This document shows positions 1-8,654 of a stretch of 43,593 bases of DNA, piece after piece. The notes beneath the pieces were generated by a model, which saw only the letters and a list, made by a program, of their open reading frames with translations, did no database searches and was not told the DNA's origin. This stretch comes from Pseudomonadota bacterium (lineage in GTDB: Bacteria; Bdellovibrionota_B; Oligoflexia; Oligoflexales; CAIYRB01), in the NCBI GenBank assembly GCA_031416315.1, contig JANOTL010000211.1, positions 1 through 43,593 of the forward strand, in the 5' to 3' direction. Made by a program: the position numbers and the translations under genes. How positions within the stretch are numbered: the first letter of the stretch is position 1; each line of letters opens with the position of its first letter.

Positions 1-105
1 GCAACCGCCCGCCGCGCGACCCCAATCGTCCGCCCCGCGAGGGCCAAGCCGCCGCCCCGGGCAACCGCCCGCCGCGCGATCCGAACCGTCCGCCGCGCGA
101 AGGCC
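1..105 (+). repeat. 60-bp in-frame tandem repeat (about 1.75 copies visible) encoding NRPPRDPNRPPREG
   Basis: gcaaccgcccgccgcgcga... recurs at positions 1 and 61 with only synonymous changes over about 45 bp. Confidence 0.85.
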
Positions 106-509
106 GGAACAAGGATCGCGGCGGCAAGGAAGGCCGTCGCGACAAGAACGCCAAGGGCAAGCGCGAGCGCGACAGCGGTCCGCCACCCGTGCCGGCTTCG
201 CCCTTCTTCAATCTCGCGCCAAGGCGCAAAGACCCCCGCCTCGAAAGAGAGGAAGCGCATCCGCGCGACGTACCGCGGCGCTACGGGATCTTGTTTTACG
301 AGACCTTTCCGGCCGCGAAGGCCGACCTGACGGTGATCGCCCAAAAAGCCCAGGACGTGGACCAGCTCAACGTCGTGATCCGCGCCGAGGGCAACATGGA
401 CGATCCCGACTTCACCTTCTCCACTAAGGTGAAAGTCTTCGCCGGCAACGCATGGACGATCATTCACGAACGGAGGAAGACCGATGGCTGGTACGACGCA
501 CCGCGCTGA
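1..509 (+). CDS. Hypothetical protein, 5'-truncated by window edge; Arg/Pro-rich repetitive N-terminus and globular C-terminus
   Basis: Frame of ORF 189..509 stays open back to position 3 (NRPPRDPNRPPREGQAAAPGNRPPRDPNRPPREGRNKDRGG...); GC3-rich codons; stop TGA at 507-509. Confidence 0.7.
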   Translation, partial: NRPPRDPNRPPREGQAAAPGNRPPRDPNRPPREGRNKDRGGKEGRRDKNAKGKRERDSGPPPVPASPFFNLAPRRKDPRLEREEAHPRDVPRRYGILFYETFPAAKADLTVIAQKAQDVDQLNVVIRAEGNMDDPDFTFSTKVKVFAGNAWTIIHERRKTDGWYDAPR

Positions 510-2031
510 GCTCCTGGCTGCCCTGGCAGTCTTGACGCTGGCGCCTCTCGGGGGCAACGCGCGGGCCCAGGCCGCGACCGTCCCGGACGCGCTCGTCCTG
601 AGCCTGGCGGCGTCGGACATGACCCAGCTCGCCCAAGGGCTACTCGACGGCCCGCTCGCGGCGCCGTTGGAAGGGCGTGCCGACGTGCGCGTCGAGCAGA
701 GCTTCTGGTTTCTCACCATGGGCATCGACGGCATCCGCTACAAGGCGCGCATCGCCGACCTCTCGATCGAGCCACGACAAGGGCGCTTGCGCGCGCGCGC
801 CCGTCTCGCCGACCTCGACGTCAACATCGAGAAAGTCTTCTTCAACCGCGCCGGCACGCTCTTTTGCCGCGACATGCCGATCGCCTCGGGCGACGGCGAA
901 GTCCCCGTCGGCGTCGACATGACGCCTCGCGCCGCGGACCGCACTCTGGACCTCGGCGCAGAAGAAGTCCGCGTCGGCCTCACGAGCCGCAACTATCGCC
1001 CCGGCCAGCCTGCCTCCTGCCACACTTTCTGGGGCATGAACTGGCTGTTGCGCCAGACCCTGCCACTCGCCGCGCGCCTTCTGCGTCCCGTCCTCGAGCA
1101 TGAGCTGGAGAAGCGCCTTCTCGCCGCTGCCCGCGAGGTCTCGGGCGAGCTCGGCAACTACGTCACGGCCGAGATCACCCTCCCCTTCTCGCAAGGTTCC
1201 GCGCCCGCATTTAACGGCACGTTCGGCGTCTGGCCCTCGACGGTCAACATCACGCCGGACGCGCTCCAGCTGAAGCTCGCCGCCGAGCTCTCGTTCGATC
1301 CCGATCCGCCCCACGTCGCGCCGCGGCGCGCCGGCCGCGCGAAAGCGTTCGATCCCTTCGCCTCGGAGCTCCTGCCGTCCTGGATCGGGCTTAAACGCTC
1401 GCTCTTCGCGGCCCTCGTCGCCGAAGCGAACCGCGCCGGCCTCTTCCGCTTCACCTTGAGCCAGGGTCTCCTCACCGTCTCTGACCTCGCGCGCATCATC
1501 CCGGACGCCGCGACCCGCTTCGGGCCCGAGCAGGAGGTCGGCCTTCACCTCGCCGGCGCCGCCGAGACGAGCGTCATCATCAAACCGGACGGTCCCGGAG
1601 GCATTCCCATCATCGAGGCCTACCTCGACGGGCTCGAGGTCGTGACCAAGGTCGACGGCGAAGACTACTATTCGCTGCGCACGAGCGTGCGCCTCACCTT
1701 CCAAGCCGGCTACAGCCCGAGCGAGGAAGCCGTCGTCCTCGAGCTCTTGAGCCTCACGGCCCGCCCGCAGACCGGCGCCTTCTCGCCCCATTTGGAGCCG
1801 GCCCCGGAAGATCGCCGCTTCGACCGTGTCGGATTCCACGACTACGTGCGCACGCTAGAGGCACGCCTGCGCGACGGCGACGAGCGCATCCTGCGCCTGT
1901 CTTTGCCCGACATCGCGATGGGCAGCCGCAAGCTCGATTTCCTCGGCTCGTCGGTGCGTGACGACTATCTTAGCCTAGACGCCACCGTCGTCCCCGACCG
2001 CGGCTTCGTCGCCCCGGCTGTCAGTCGGTAA
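484..2031 (+). CDS. Secreted protein, probable LBP/BPI/CETP (TULIP) lipid-binding fold
   Basis: Signal peptide (..LLAALAVLTLAPLGGNARA|Q); 515 aa. Segment WIGLKRSLFAALVAEANRAGLFRFTL..LTVSDLARIIPDAATRFGP resembles the BPI/LBP C-terminal domain pattern. Confidence 0.55.
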   Translation: MAGTTHRAELLAALAVLTLAPLGGNARAQAATVPDALVLSLAASDMTQLAQGLLDGPLAAPLEGRADVRVEQSFWFLTMGIDGIRYKARIADLSIEPRQGRLRARARLADLDVNIEKVFFNRAGTLFCRDMPIASGDGEVPVGVDMTPRAADRTLDLGAEEVRVGLTSRNYRPGQPASCHTFWGMNWLLRQTLPLAARLLRPVLEHELEKRLLAAAREVSGELGNYVTAEITLPFSQGSAPAFNGTFGVWPSTVNITPDALQLKLAAELSFDPDPPHVAPRRAGRAKAFDPFASELLPSWIGLKRSLFAALVAEANRAGLFRFTLSQGLLTVSDLARIIPDAATRFGPEQEVGLHLAGAAETSVIIKPDGPGGIPIIEAYLDGLEVVTKVDGEDYYSLRTSVRLTFQAGYSPSEEAVVLELLSLTARPQTGAFSPHLEPAPEDRRFDRVGFHDYVRTLEARLRDGDERILRLSLPDIAMGSRKLDFLGSSVRDDYLSLDATVVPDRGFVAPAVSR

Positions 2032-2716
2032 TCTCGGCCGCGTCCATAGGCAGCTCGGTGGGCCCGTCGCCGGGCTCGTCGTCGTCTTGGAAGTTATCGT
2101 AGTTCACGACGAAGCTACTGCGACCTTCGTCGCCGCCATCGTTTTCGGCCGCGTCGGCAGCACCGTCTTCATAGGCGGAATCCGTCCGGTAGAGGTCAAA
2201 GCGGCTGCGCGCCGCGTCCTCTTTCATCGTCCCAAAGCGGCGCAACGGCAGCCGTAATCCTTGGCCTTCGCCCTCCGCGTCCGCCTCGGCGCGCTCGTTC
2301 TTGAATACCTCGATCGGCGCGTCGCTTAGGCCGCGGTAGTAGTTGTCGATGAAGCGTGCCGTCCGGCTCGGCGCGCCTTCGTCCTCGCCGCTCGCGGGCG
2401 AGCCTTCGGCGAAGCTCAAGATGACGTCCTTCTTCCGGTCGGTGATCACGACCTTGCGCGCCTCGATCGCTTTCAAGGTGAAGCCGAACTCGTTCGGGAG
2501 GGTGTCGCCGATCGACAGCGTGAACGTGCGCTTCGTCGCGACGTTTTTCAGGACGGCGACGCCGATGTCCTTGCCATCCTTGTCGGTGCCCGAGATGACA
2601 CCGACCACGAGCCATTGGCCGGCGATCTTGACCGCCTCGGCCTCGACCGCCTGCACGCAAGGCGCCGCGAGCGCCGCGAAGCCGAGAATGAGCGAGAGGA
2701 GCGTTGCGCGAACCAT
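2021..2716 (-). CDS. Exported protein with GspC-HR/PilP-like beta domain and acidic disordered tail
   Basis: Signal peptide; pattern VVGVISG...VAVLKN..TKRTFTLSIGDTLP..FTLKAIEARKVVI resembles T2SS-C/PilP HR domains; GGAGG RBS upstream of ATG 2716. Confidence 0.55.
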   Translation of the reverse strand: MVRATLLSLILGFAALAAPCVQAVEAEAVKIAGQWLVVGVISGTDKDGKDIGVAVLKNVATKRTFTLSIGDTLPNEFGFTLKAIEARKVVITDRKKDVILSFAEGSPASGEDEGAPSRTARFIDNYYRGLSDAPIEVFKNERAEADAEGEGQGLRLPLRRFGTMKEDAARSRFDLYRTDSAYEDGAADAAENDGGDEGRSSFVVNYDNFQDDDEPGDGPTELPMDAAEITD

Positions 2717-2847
2717 GGAGACCTCCGACGGAAAAATCCGTACGAAAGCTCATCGACCGCGCCGCCCAAATGTTTAACAGCCTGAAATAATAGGAATTTA
2801 TTGCCCAGCGGCTAAGCCTGCGGAGACCTCGGGATAAGCGCCGGCTT

Positions 2848-3318
2848 TCAGAATCCCGCCAGCTTTCGCAAAGGGCGCTTGTCGTCGAAGTCGACGGTCA
2901 TTTGACCGAGCGGCGTCTCGAAATTCGCCACCGCCGTCAGCTCGGCGTAGACCTCCTCCGTCTCGGTCATCAGCTTCTTCAGCAGCAAAAAGGCCGCGGA
3001 CGCGTCGATCGACAGGGGCAGGCGGATCACGGCCGAGCCCTTCTCCGGCACGCGCAGATCCTCGTCGTAGAGGCCGTCGGCGATGACGAGGCCGGTCGCC
3101 TCCATCTTGTAGCGCAGCTTCGAGAAGACGAGGTCGAACTCGTTCGGGTTGTCGACGCGGATCGAGACCATGAGGTCGAGCTTGCGCAAGCTCGCCTTGG
3201 TCACCGCGATCTCGGTCACGCGCACCTTCGGCCGCGTCGGACCGAGGCCGACCAGCGCTTTCATGTAAGCGCAGCCGACGAGGACCAAGCACAGAACGAC
3301 GGTGGCGAGACGCGCCAT
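2848..3318 (-). CDS. LEA type 2 / WHy-domain lipoprotein
   Basis: Lipobox LVGC; IRVDNPNEFDL motif (NPN signature of LEA_2/WHy); ATG 3318 overlaps the lysS stop (TGATG). Confidence 0.85.
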   Translation of the reverse strand: MARLATVVLCLVLVGCAYMKALVGLGPTRPKVRVTEIAVTKASLRKLDLMVSIRVDNPNEFDLVFSKLRYKMEATGLVIADGLYDEDLRVPEKGSAVIRLPLSIDASAAFLLLKKLMTETEEVYAELTAVANFETPLGQMTVDFDDKRPLRKLAGF

Positions 3319-4898
3319 CACAGGAGCTCGAGAAGCTTCTCCTTCCCGATCTCCTTCAGGAAGCCGGGAAGGCGCGGGCCTTGGTCGCGGCCGATCAGCC
3401 GGTTGTACACGACGTTGAAGAACGCCTTGCCGTCGACTCCGGTCGCCGTGATCGCCCGGTCGTAGATCGCCTGGTTCAACTCTTTTGGCTCGATCGCCTC
3501 GAGGTCGGTCTCCTTCACGAGCGCGGATAAGGCGGCCATCGCGGCCGTCTGCTGCGCGTCCATCGGCACCTCGACGCGCTTTTCGTGGAGCTTGTACTTG
3601 AACTCGTCGGGCGCGAACTTCTCGAGCCAGTTGGCGGCGCGACGCGCGCGCGACAAAAAAGCCTCGCGGTCGGCCGGCGTCTTCACCTCGGCCTTGTAAT
3701 AGCGGTCGAGGGTCCGCTCCGGATCGCCGTTGCAGATCTGCAGGCGGTTGGTCAGCAAGCGAAAGGGCGGGCGAAAGGGCTTCTCGGCAGCGACCTTGCC
3801 GCTCGGCAGAGACAGCTCGTAGATGCGGCGGTTGAGCCACCACTTCTGATCCGTCTTGTCGCCGGGCTTGAAGGCGAGCTCCTCGCAGCGGTCGAACTCC
3901 TCATGCAGCTTGATCACGTCCTCGTCGAAGGCGAGCGAGAAGTCGGTGTTCGGCTTCTGCCGAGCGAAGATCCAGCGCACCATCTCGGGGCTGTAGGTCT
4001 CCATCACCTCGGCCAGGTCGATGACGTTGCCCGAGGAGGAGGACATCTTGCCCGGGCCGCCCTTGATCGAGACGAAGTCGTACTGCACGTAGACCGGCGA
4101 CTCGTGGCCGAACACCTGCTTCGAAATGAGCTTTGCCGTGTCGTGCGAGCCGCCGTCGGACGAATGGTCCTTGCCGCCTGGCTCGAAGTCGACCTTCTCG
4201 TAGCTCCAACGCATGGGCCAGTCGGTGCGCCAGTTGAGCTTCAGATTCTTCGTCGTGCGGATGTCGGTGACGGCCTCATGGTTGCAGAGCGCGCACTTGT
4301 AAGCGTAGCTCCAGTCGCCTGGATAGCGCTCGTAGACCATCTCGTCCTTGTCGCAGCTCTCGCAGTAGATCGCCGTCGGCAGCCAGTCGGCCGCCAGGGG
4401 CTCCTTCCGGTACTCGTTCAAGATCTTGACGATCTCGTCCTTGTGCTCGAGCGCATGGCGGATCTTCTCTGCGTACATGCCGGAGGCGTAGCGCTCGTGC
4501 TGGTACAGGAACTCGGGCGCGATCCCGACCGCGGGCAGATCCTTCTCGAAGCGCTTGATGTTCGCCTGGGCGTAGCTCGCCGTCTGGCCCCAAGGGTCGA
4601 AGACGCGGCTGATCGGGCGGCGGAGCTCGGGTTTCAGCTTCTCTTGCTGCGGCGCGTTCGCCGGGACCTTGCGGAACGTGTCGAAGTCGTCCCAGCTGTG
4701 GATGACGCGGACGTCTTTGCCGAGGGCGCGGAGCGCGCGCGCGACGAAGTCGACCGTGATCTCCTCGCGGAAGTTGCCGATGTGGACCACGCCGGACGGC
4801 GTGATGCCGCTCGCGGCGACGTAGCGGGGCTTGTCGCCGCGCTGGGCGACGACGCGCGCTGCGGCCTGGTCGGCCCAGTGCGGAGAATAGGGCTGCAT
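3318..4898 (-). CDS. lysS: Class I lysine--tRNA ligase
   Basis: HWAD start, SGITPSGVVHIGN (HIGH motif), CESC/CALC Zn knuckles, WRTDWPMRW, EPGGKDH, KMSSSSG (KMSKS motif), C-terminal GPRL; likely start ATG 4898. Confidence 0.96.
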   Translation of the reverse strand: MQPYSPHWADQAAARVVAQRGDKPRYVAASGITPSGVVHIGNFREEITVDFVARALRALGKDVRVIHSWDDFDTFRKVPANAPQQEKLKPELRRPISRVFDPWGQTASYAQANIKRFEKDLPAVGIAPEFLYQHERYASGMYAEKIRHALEHKDEIVKILNEYRKEPLAADWLPTAIYCESCDKDEMVYERYPGDWSYAYKCALCNHEAVTDIRTTKNLKLNWRTDWPMRWSYEKVDFEPGGKDHSSDGGSHDTAKLISKQVFGHESPVYVQYDFVSIKGGPGKMSSSSGNVIDLAEVMETYSPEMVRWIFARQKPNTDFSLAFDEDVIKLHEEFDRCEELAFKPGDKTDQKWWLNRRIYELSLPSGKVAAEKPFRPPFRLLTNRLQICNGDPERTLDRYYKAEVKTPADREAFLSRARRAANWLEKFAPDEFKYKLHEKRVEVPMDAQQTAAMAALSALVKETDLEAIEPKELNQAIYDRAITATGVDGKAFFNVVYNRLIGRDQGPRLPGFLKEIGKEKLLELL

Positions 4899-4967
4899 GG
4901 GGTCTCTCTCTCGAGCGAGCTCGCCGCGGCCGAAAAGGCCGCGACCGGACCCCAATATCGCCTAATG

Positions 4968-5171
4968 AAGGACGGCTAAGCAAGAGCCGTAGCCGTCCGT
5001 CCTGCGCACCGCGTCGGACGCGGTGCTCCGGACGGTCAGCTACGGCCCCTGCTTAGCACTCTAGCCTTCAAGGACGGCTAAGCAAGAGCCGTAGCCGTCC
5101 GTCCTGCTCACCGCCTCGGACGCGGTGCTCCGGACGGCCGGCTTCGGCCCCTGCTTAGCACCCTAGCCCTC
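4968..5171. repeat. Two tandem 102-bp direct repeats, each a long nested palindrome (REP/REPIN-like hairpin)
   Basis: Units start aaggacggctaagcaagagccgtagcc at 4968 and 5070 with only a handful of substitutions. Internal inverted repeats: gctaagca/tgcttagc, gccgtagc/gctacggc, ccgtccg/cggacgg, gcaccgcgt/acgcggtgc. Confidence 0.92.
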
Positions 5172-7677
5172 AAGGGGGAGGCGCCTTGCAGATGGTGCCG
5201 TCCCAGTTGGGTTTGTCCGCAGGGCAGTTGCAGGCGCCGGTGGTCGGATCGAAGATGGCCGCCGTCGGATCGCAGGTGCAGGTCTTCACCTCGCCGTAGG
5301 AGACGAGCTTGCCGATGGTGTCGCCGTCGAAGGCGAGACGCGCGATCGCGGAGCCCGCGCCGCAGTATCGGCCGCGGCCCCCGTTGGTCTGGGTCTCGTC
5401 GAAAGCGACACCGGAGCACTCGTTCAGGCACGGGCCGATCTTGACCTGGAACTCGACGGGATAAGATGCCGCCGCCGAGGGGTGGTCCATGACGTTGAAG
5501 TTGATCTTGGCGGTCGCGGCGCCGGCGGCGTCGGCGAGGATCCGACGCGAGGGCTCGAGGATCTGGTCGCCGGGCTGGATGAAGAAGTGCGCGGTGAGCG
5601 CGCGTGCGCCGGTCGCCGGGGTGCCTGTCGCCTCGAACGTCACGTTGATCTCGGTCTCGCCGGGAGGCGCGTTGCCGCAGACGTCATGGGCGAAGAAGTA
5701 GCGCCAGGTCGAGCCGCTGCCCGCTCGGATCGCCGCGCTGGCGCCGGCGCCGAAGAGGTCGGTGTCGTCGATGACGTCGGCCGCGGCGTCGCTGAAGAGC
5801 GCGAGGGGGCGGGCCACCAGCGTGTCACGGAGACCCTTGGTCGCCAAGCCGCTGAAATAGCCGGAGCCGACGGCGTCGACCGCATTGTTCAGGTTGCCGG
5901 CGGTGATGACGCCGTGCTGCATCGCGAAGGGCGAGGTCCCCATGTAGATCGGCACGACCTCGGACTTCCAGATCAAGGTGTCGGCATCGCGCTTACCGTT
6001 CGGGTTGCTGTAGGCGTCACCGACGATGACGTCCTTGTTCAGCGTGAAAGTGTTGTCCTCGTCGACGTCGATGAACGGCGTCGGCAGATCGATGAACCAT
6101 TCGCTTCCGACCGCGAGCAGCCCGTCTTCCCCGACGTCGAGGGTCAGGACGTCGCCGGTGTCGTAGATGCCGTTTTGGTTCTTGTCCCAAAAGCCGTCGC
6201 CGCCGCTGTCGAAGACCCCGTTCTTGTTGGCGTCGTTGAAGTGCTCCTGGCCGCGAACCATGTAAACCACGGTGGAGCGCCAGTTCTTGCGCAAAGTGAC
6301 GTAGCTCGTGTCGGTCGACTCGAGCGACAGCGAGTACGCGTCGCATAGCGTTTGCGCCGGCGCGCTGCTGAAGCTCACGACCGGATAAGGTCGATAGTTC
6401 ACCATGTGCTGTGCGAGCATCGTGAACTTGACGGTGCCTTCGCCGATCTTCGGATAGCCGCTGTTCTCGACCATGATCTTGCCCGTCTCGGCCGTCACCG
6501 CGACCGGGAAGTCCGGGATGGGGTCCCCGTCTTGGCGCGCGCCGAGCTTCACCAGGAAGTTCTGGGTCTGCGTTTTCTCGTCGGCGTTGGTGTTGAAATA
6601 GCCCCGGATCGTCTTGGCGTTCTTCGCATCGAAGGTGAGCGACATGTTGGCGAAGTTGGTGAGGCCAGCGTTGATCGCGACGACCGGCGACTGCACGGTG
6701 TAGGTTTTCGCCTCCTCGTCGGTGTAGACGCCCGTGACGACGATCGTGCCGAGGTCGACTCCGGCGCACACCGGGACGGCGAAGATGCCTTGGCTGCCGC
6801 TCGTCGCGGCGTAGGTGCCGAACTTCTTGCCCGTGCCCGCCTCGACGTCGCTCGTGCCCGTGTCGGCCTTTTTCGCCAGCTTGGCGCCCTTCGGATAGTC
6901 GACCTGCGTCCGGAAGACGATCTCCTTGCCAGAGATGCCGGCGCCGTCGCGCGACAGCTTGAAGTAGAGCGTCGTGCAGTCCTTCGGCCCGGCGTCGAGC
7001 AGGTTCAGGCTGATCTGCGGCGGCGCGGTCTGGACCGGAACCGCCTCGGAGCCCGTGCCCGAGCCGCCTTCAGCGGCTTCGGCCGGCGTCACCGCCTCGA
7101 TCTCCGAGCGGAGGTAGCGGAAGGAGTACTCGGGCTTTGCCACGACCTTGATCTCGGCCGAGTTGCTCGACAAGGTGCCAATGCGCGCCGTCACCGTCAC
7201 CGTGCCCTCAGTCGCGCCGGAGCAATACGTCGAGCTCGCGAGACCCTGCGCGTTGGTCTTGGCGTCGACGGGCTCCATTTTGCCCGGATCGACCATGTCG
7301 CCAACCGGCACAATGGCGAAGCTGACGACGATATCCGGCAGGACCGTGCCCGCCTTTTTCGCGGTGAAACCGACGTTGACGCAGGTCTCCGCGCTGGACG
7401 AGCCGTTGGTGTAGACGGTGGTTGAGGTCAAGGCCGCGGCGCTCAGAGCGTCGGCGACGGCCTCCTTGTCGTCGGTGATCTCGCCTGTGGGCGCCGGCGC
7501 CGGCGCGGGAGGCGGCGTCGGAGCCGGAGCAGGTGTCGGCGTCGGCGTCTCGACCTTCGTCGTCGTCTTCACGGCGTTGCTGCGACCGCTACCGCCGCTT
7601 CCCTTCGAGCTGCAGGCCGGCACGAGAAGCGCGACGGGTAGGACAAGGGCTAGGATCCTTAGTGCGCCACGAGCCAT
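5170..7677 (-). CDS. Large surface lipoprotein with Ig-like (Big_1/invasin-type) domains, Ca-binding DxNxNG repeats and a Cys-rich C-terminus
   Basis: Lipobox VPAC; PT/PA linker; Ig-like motif AKTNAQGLASSTY.SGATEGTVTVTA; GQEHFNDANKNGVFD..FWDKNQNGIYD repeats; GAGG RBS before ATG 7677. Confidence 0.75.
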   Translation of the reverse strand: MARGALRILALVLPVALLVPACSSKGSGGSGRSNAVKTTTKVETPTPTPAPAPTPPPAPAPAPTGEITDDKEAVADALSAAALTSTTVYTNGSSSAETCVNVGFTAKKAGTVLPDIVVSFAIVPVGDMVDPGKMEPVDAKTNAQGLASSTYCSGATEGTVTVTARIGTLSSNSAEIKVVAKPEYSFRYLRSEIEAVTPAEAAEGGSGTGSEAVPVQTAPPQISLNLLDAGPKDCTTLYFKLSRDGAGISGKEIVFRTQVDYPKGAKLAKKADTGTSDVEAGTGKKFGTYAATSGSQGIFAVPVCAGVDLGTIVVTGVYTDEEAKTYTVQSPVVAINAGLTNFANMSLTFDAKNAKTIRGYFNTNADEKTQTQNFLVKLGARQDGDPIPDFPVAVTAETGKIMVENSGYPKIGEGTVKFTMLAQHMVNYRPYPVVSFSSAPAQTLCDAYSLSLESTDTSYVTLRKNWRSTVVYMVRGQEHFNDANKNGVFDSGGDGFWDKNQNGIYDTGDVLTLDVGEDGLLAVGSEWFIDLPTPFIDVDEDNTFTLNKDVIVGDAYSNPNGKRDADTLIWKSEVVPIYMGTSPFAMQHGVITAGNLNNAVDAVGSGYFSGLATKGLRDTLVARPLALFSDAAADVIDDTDLFGAGASAAIRAGSGSTWRYFFAHDVCGNAPPGETEINVTFEATGTPATGARALTAHFFIQPGDQILEPSRRILADAAGAATAKINFNVMDHPSAAASYPVEFQVKIGPCLNECSGVAFDETQTNGGRGRYCGAGSAIARLAFDGDTIGKLVSYGEVKTCTCDPTAAIFDPTTGACNCPADKPNWDGTICKAPPP

Positions 7678-7784
7678 GTTCAAACCTCTGCGATCATTCC
7701 ACTTATTGGAGCTTGATCGGCAGAAATCGGCAGGTCGTTGAGGTGCGCGAATTTTGTGTAATTATGATGGGGTGTTACGAAGAG

Positions 7785-8651
7785 TCAGTGCGACCAGGGG
7801 AGGAACTCTTTTCCCTTACCGGTCTTAGGGCTGGGGGCTTTTTCGACGCGCGGGACGAGGCCCGCGGCAAGCCGCGACACCGATGCCAAGCGCGAGGTCG
7901 CCTCCGGCGCGAGCCACCCGAGCGGCGGGCGGGCTTTGGCGCGATCGATTCGCTGCGCGAGCTGAGAGCGTACGTCGCGGCCGCCGGTCGCGCCGGCGCG
8001 CGCCGAGTCCGGCTTCGCGCCGCCGTGAACCTCGAGCCAAACGGGGAAGGCCGCGTTCGCGGCGAAGCAGATCAAGCGCTCGAGCTCCTCCGCGACCGTC
8101 GTCTCCCAAAGGCGCCGGGCGTTCTCCACGAAGATCGCCGCGGGCGCGGTGTGACCAAAGGTCGGACGCGACCGTGCCTTGCCGCTTGCCTTGTCGAGGG
8201 TGACGAGCTCGACGTCGAAGCCGAAGCGCCAAGCGGCTGCGAGCGCCAGTTGCCACATCGCGGGCGAAGGCGCGCTCGGCAGCCCCTCGGCAGGCGCCAA
8301 AGCCGAGCGGCCGCGCTTCACGCTGGTGCCGAAGACGTGGTGGAGGTCGCGAACTCCCGCGGGATCCAGGCCTTTTTGCGCGGCGAGAAGCACCTCGAGG
8401 CGAAAGCCGTCCGGCTCCCACGTGCGGCGAAACTGCCGCTCCAGCGCCGAGACTGCGGCGAAGCGCTTGCGCAGCGCGCAGCCTAAAGTCGGCACGGCCG
8501 CGTCGGCGCCCAGGGCCGGTCGAATCAGACCCTCGCCGGCGCAGCACGCGAAGTACGCCGGATCCGGCGCGAGCTCGCCGTAGAGCCAGATGAGGCCGGC
8601 GAGCGGCGCCGCGAGCTCCGGCGCCGCGAGCGAGGCGAGACGGCAGCTCAC
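7785..8651 (-). CDS. Hypothetical protein, possibly a degenerate P-loop/AAA+-like partner of the upstream DnaC-like ATPase
   Basis: GTG start 3 bp after the stop of the ATPase gene; AAIFVENARRLW...EELERLI resembles a Walker-B strand plus helix; no Walker A. Confidence 0.55.
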   Translation of the reverse strand: MSCRLASLAAPELAAPLAGLIWLYGELAPDPAYFACCAGEGLIRPALGADAAVPTLGCALRKRFAAVSALERQFRRTWEPDGFRLEVLLAAQKGLDPAGVRDLHHVFGTSVKRGRSALAPAEGLPSAPSPAMWQLALAAAWRFGFDVELVTLDKASGKARSRPTFGHTAPAAIFVENARRLWETTVAEELERLICFAANAAFPVWLEVHGGAKPDSARAGATGGRDVRSQLAQRIDRAKARPPLGWLAPEATSRLASVSRLAAGLVPRVEKAPSPKTGKGKEFLPWSH

Positions 8652-8654
8652 GCC

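Noticed and set aside
2848..3843. 331-aa ORF overlapping lysS
   Set aside because: Only the part from ATG 3318 (lipobox, LEA-2) looks like protein; the rest is an alternate frame of lysS.
4899..4967. T-box or lysine riboswitch ahead of lysS
   Set aside because: No T-box consensus, terminator U-tract or L-box features were recognisable.
4968..5171. CRISPR array
   Set aside because: Only two 102-bp units, directly abutting with no unique spacer, and no cas genes in the window.
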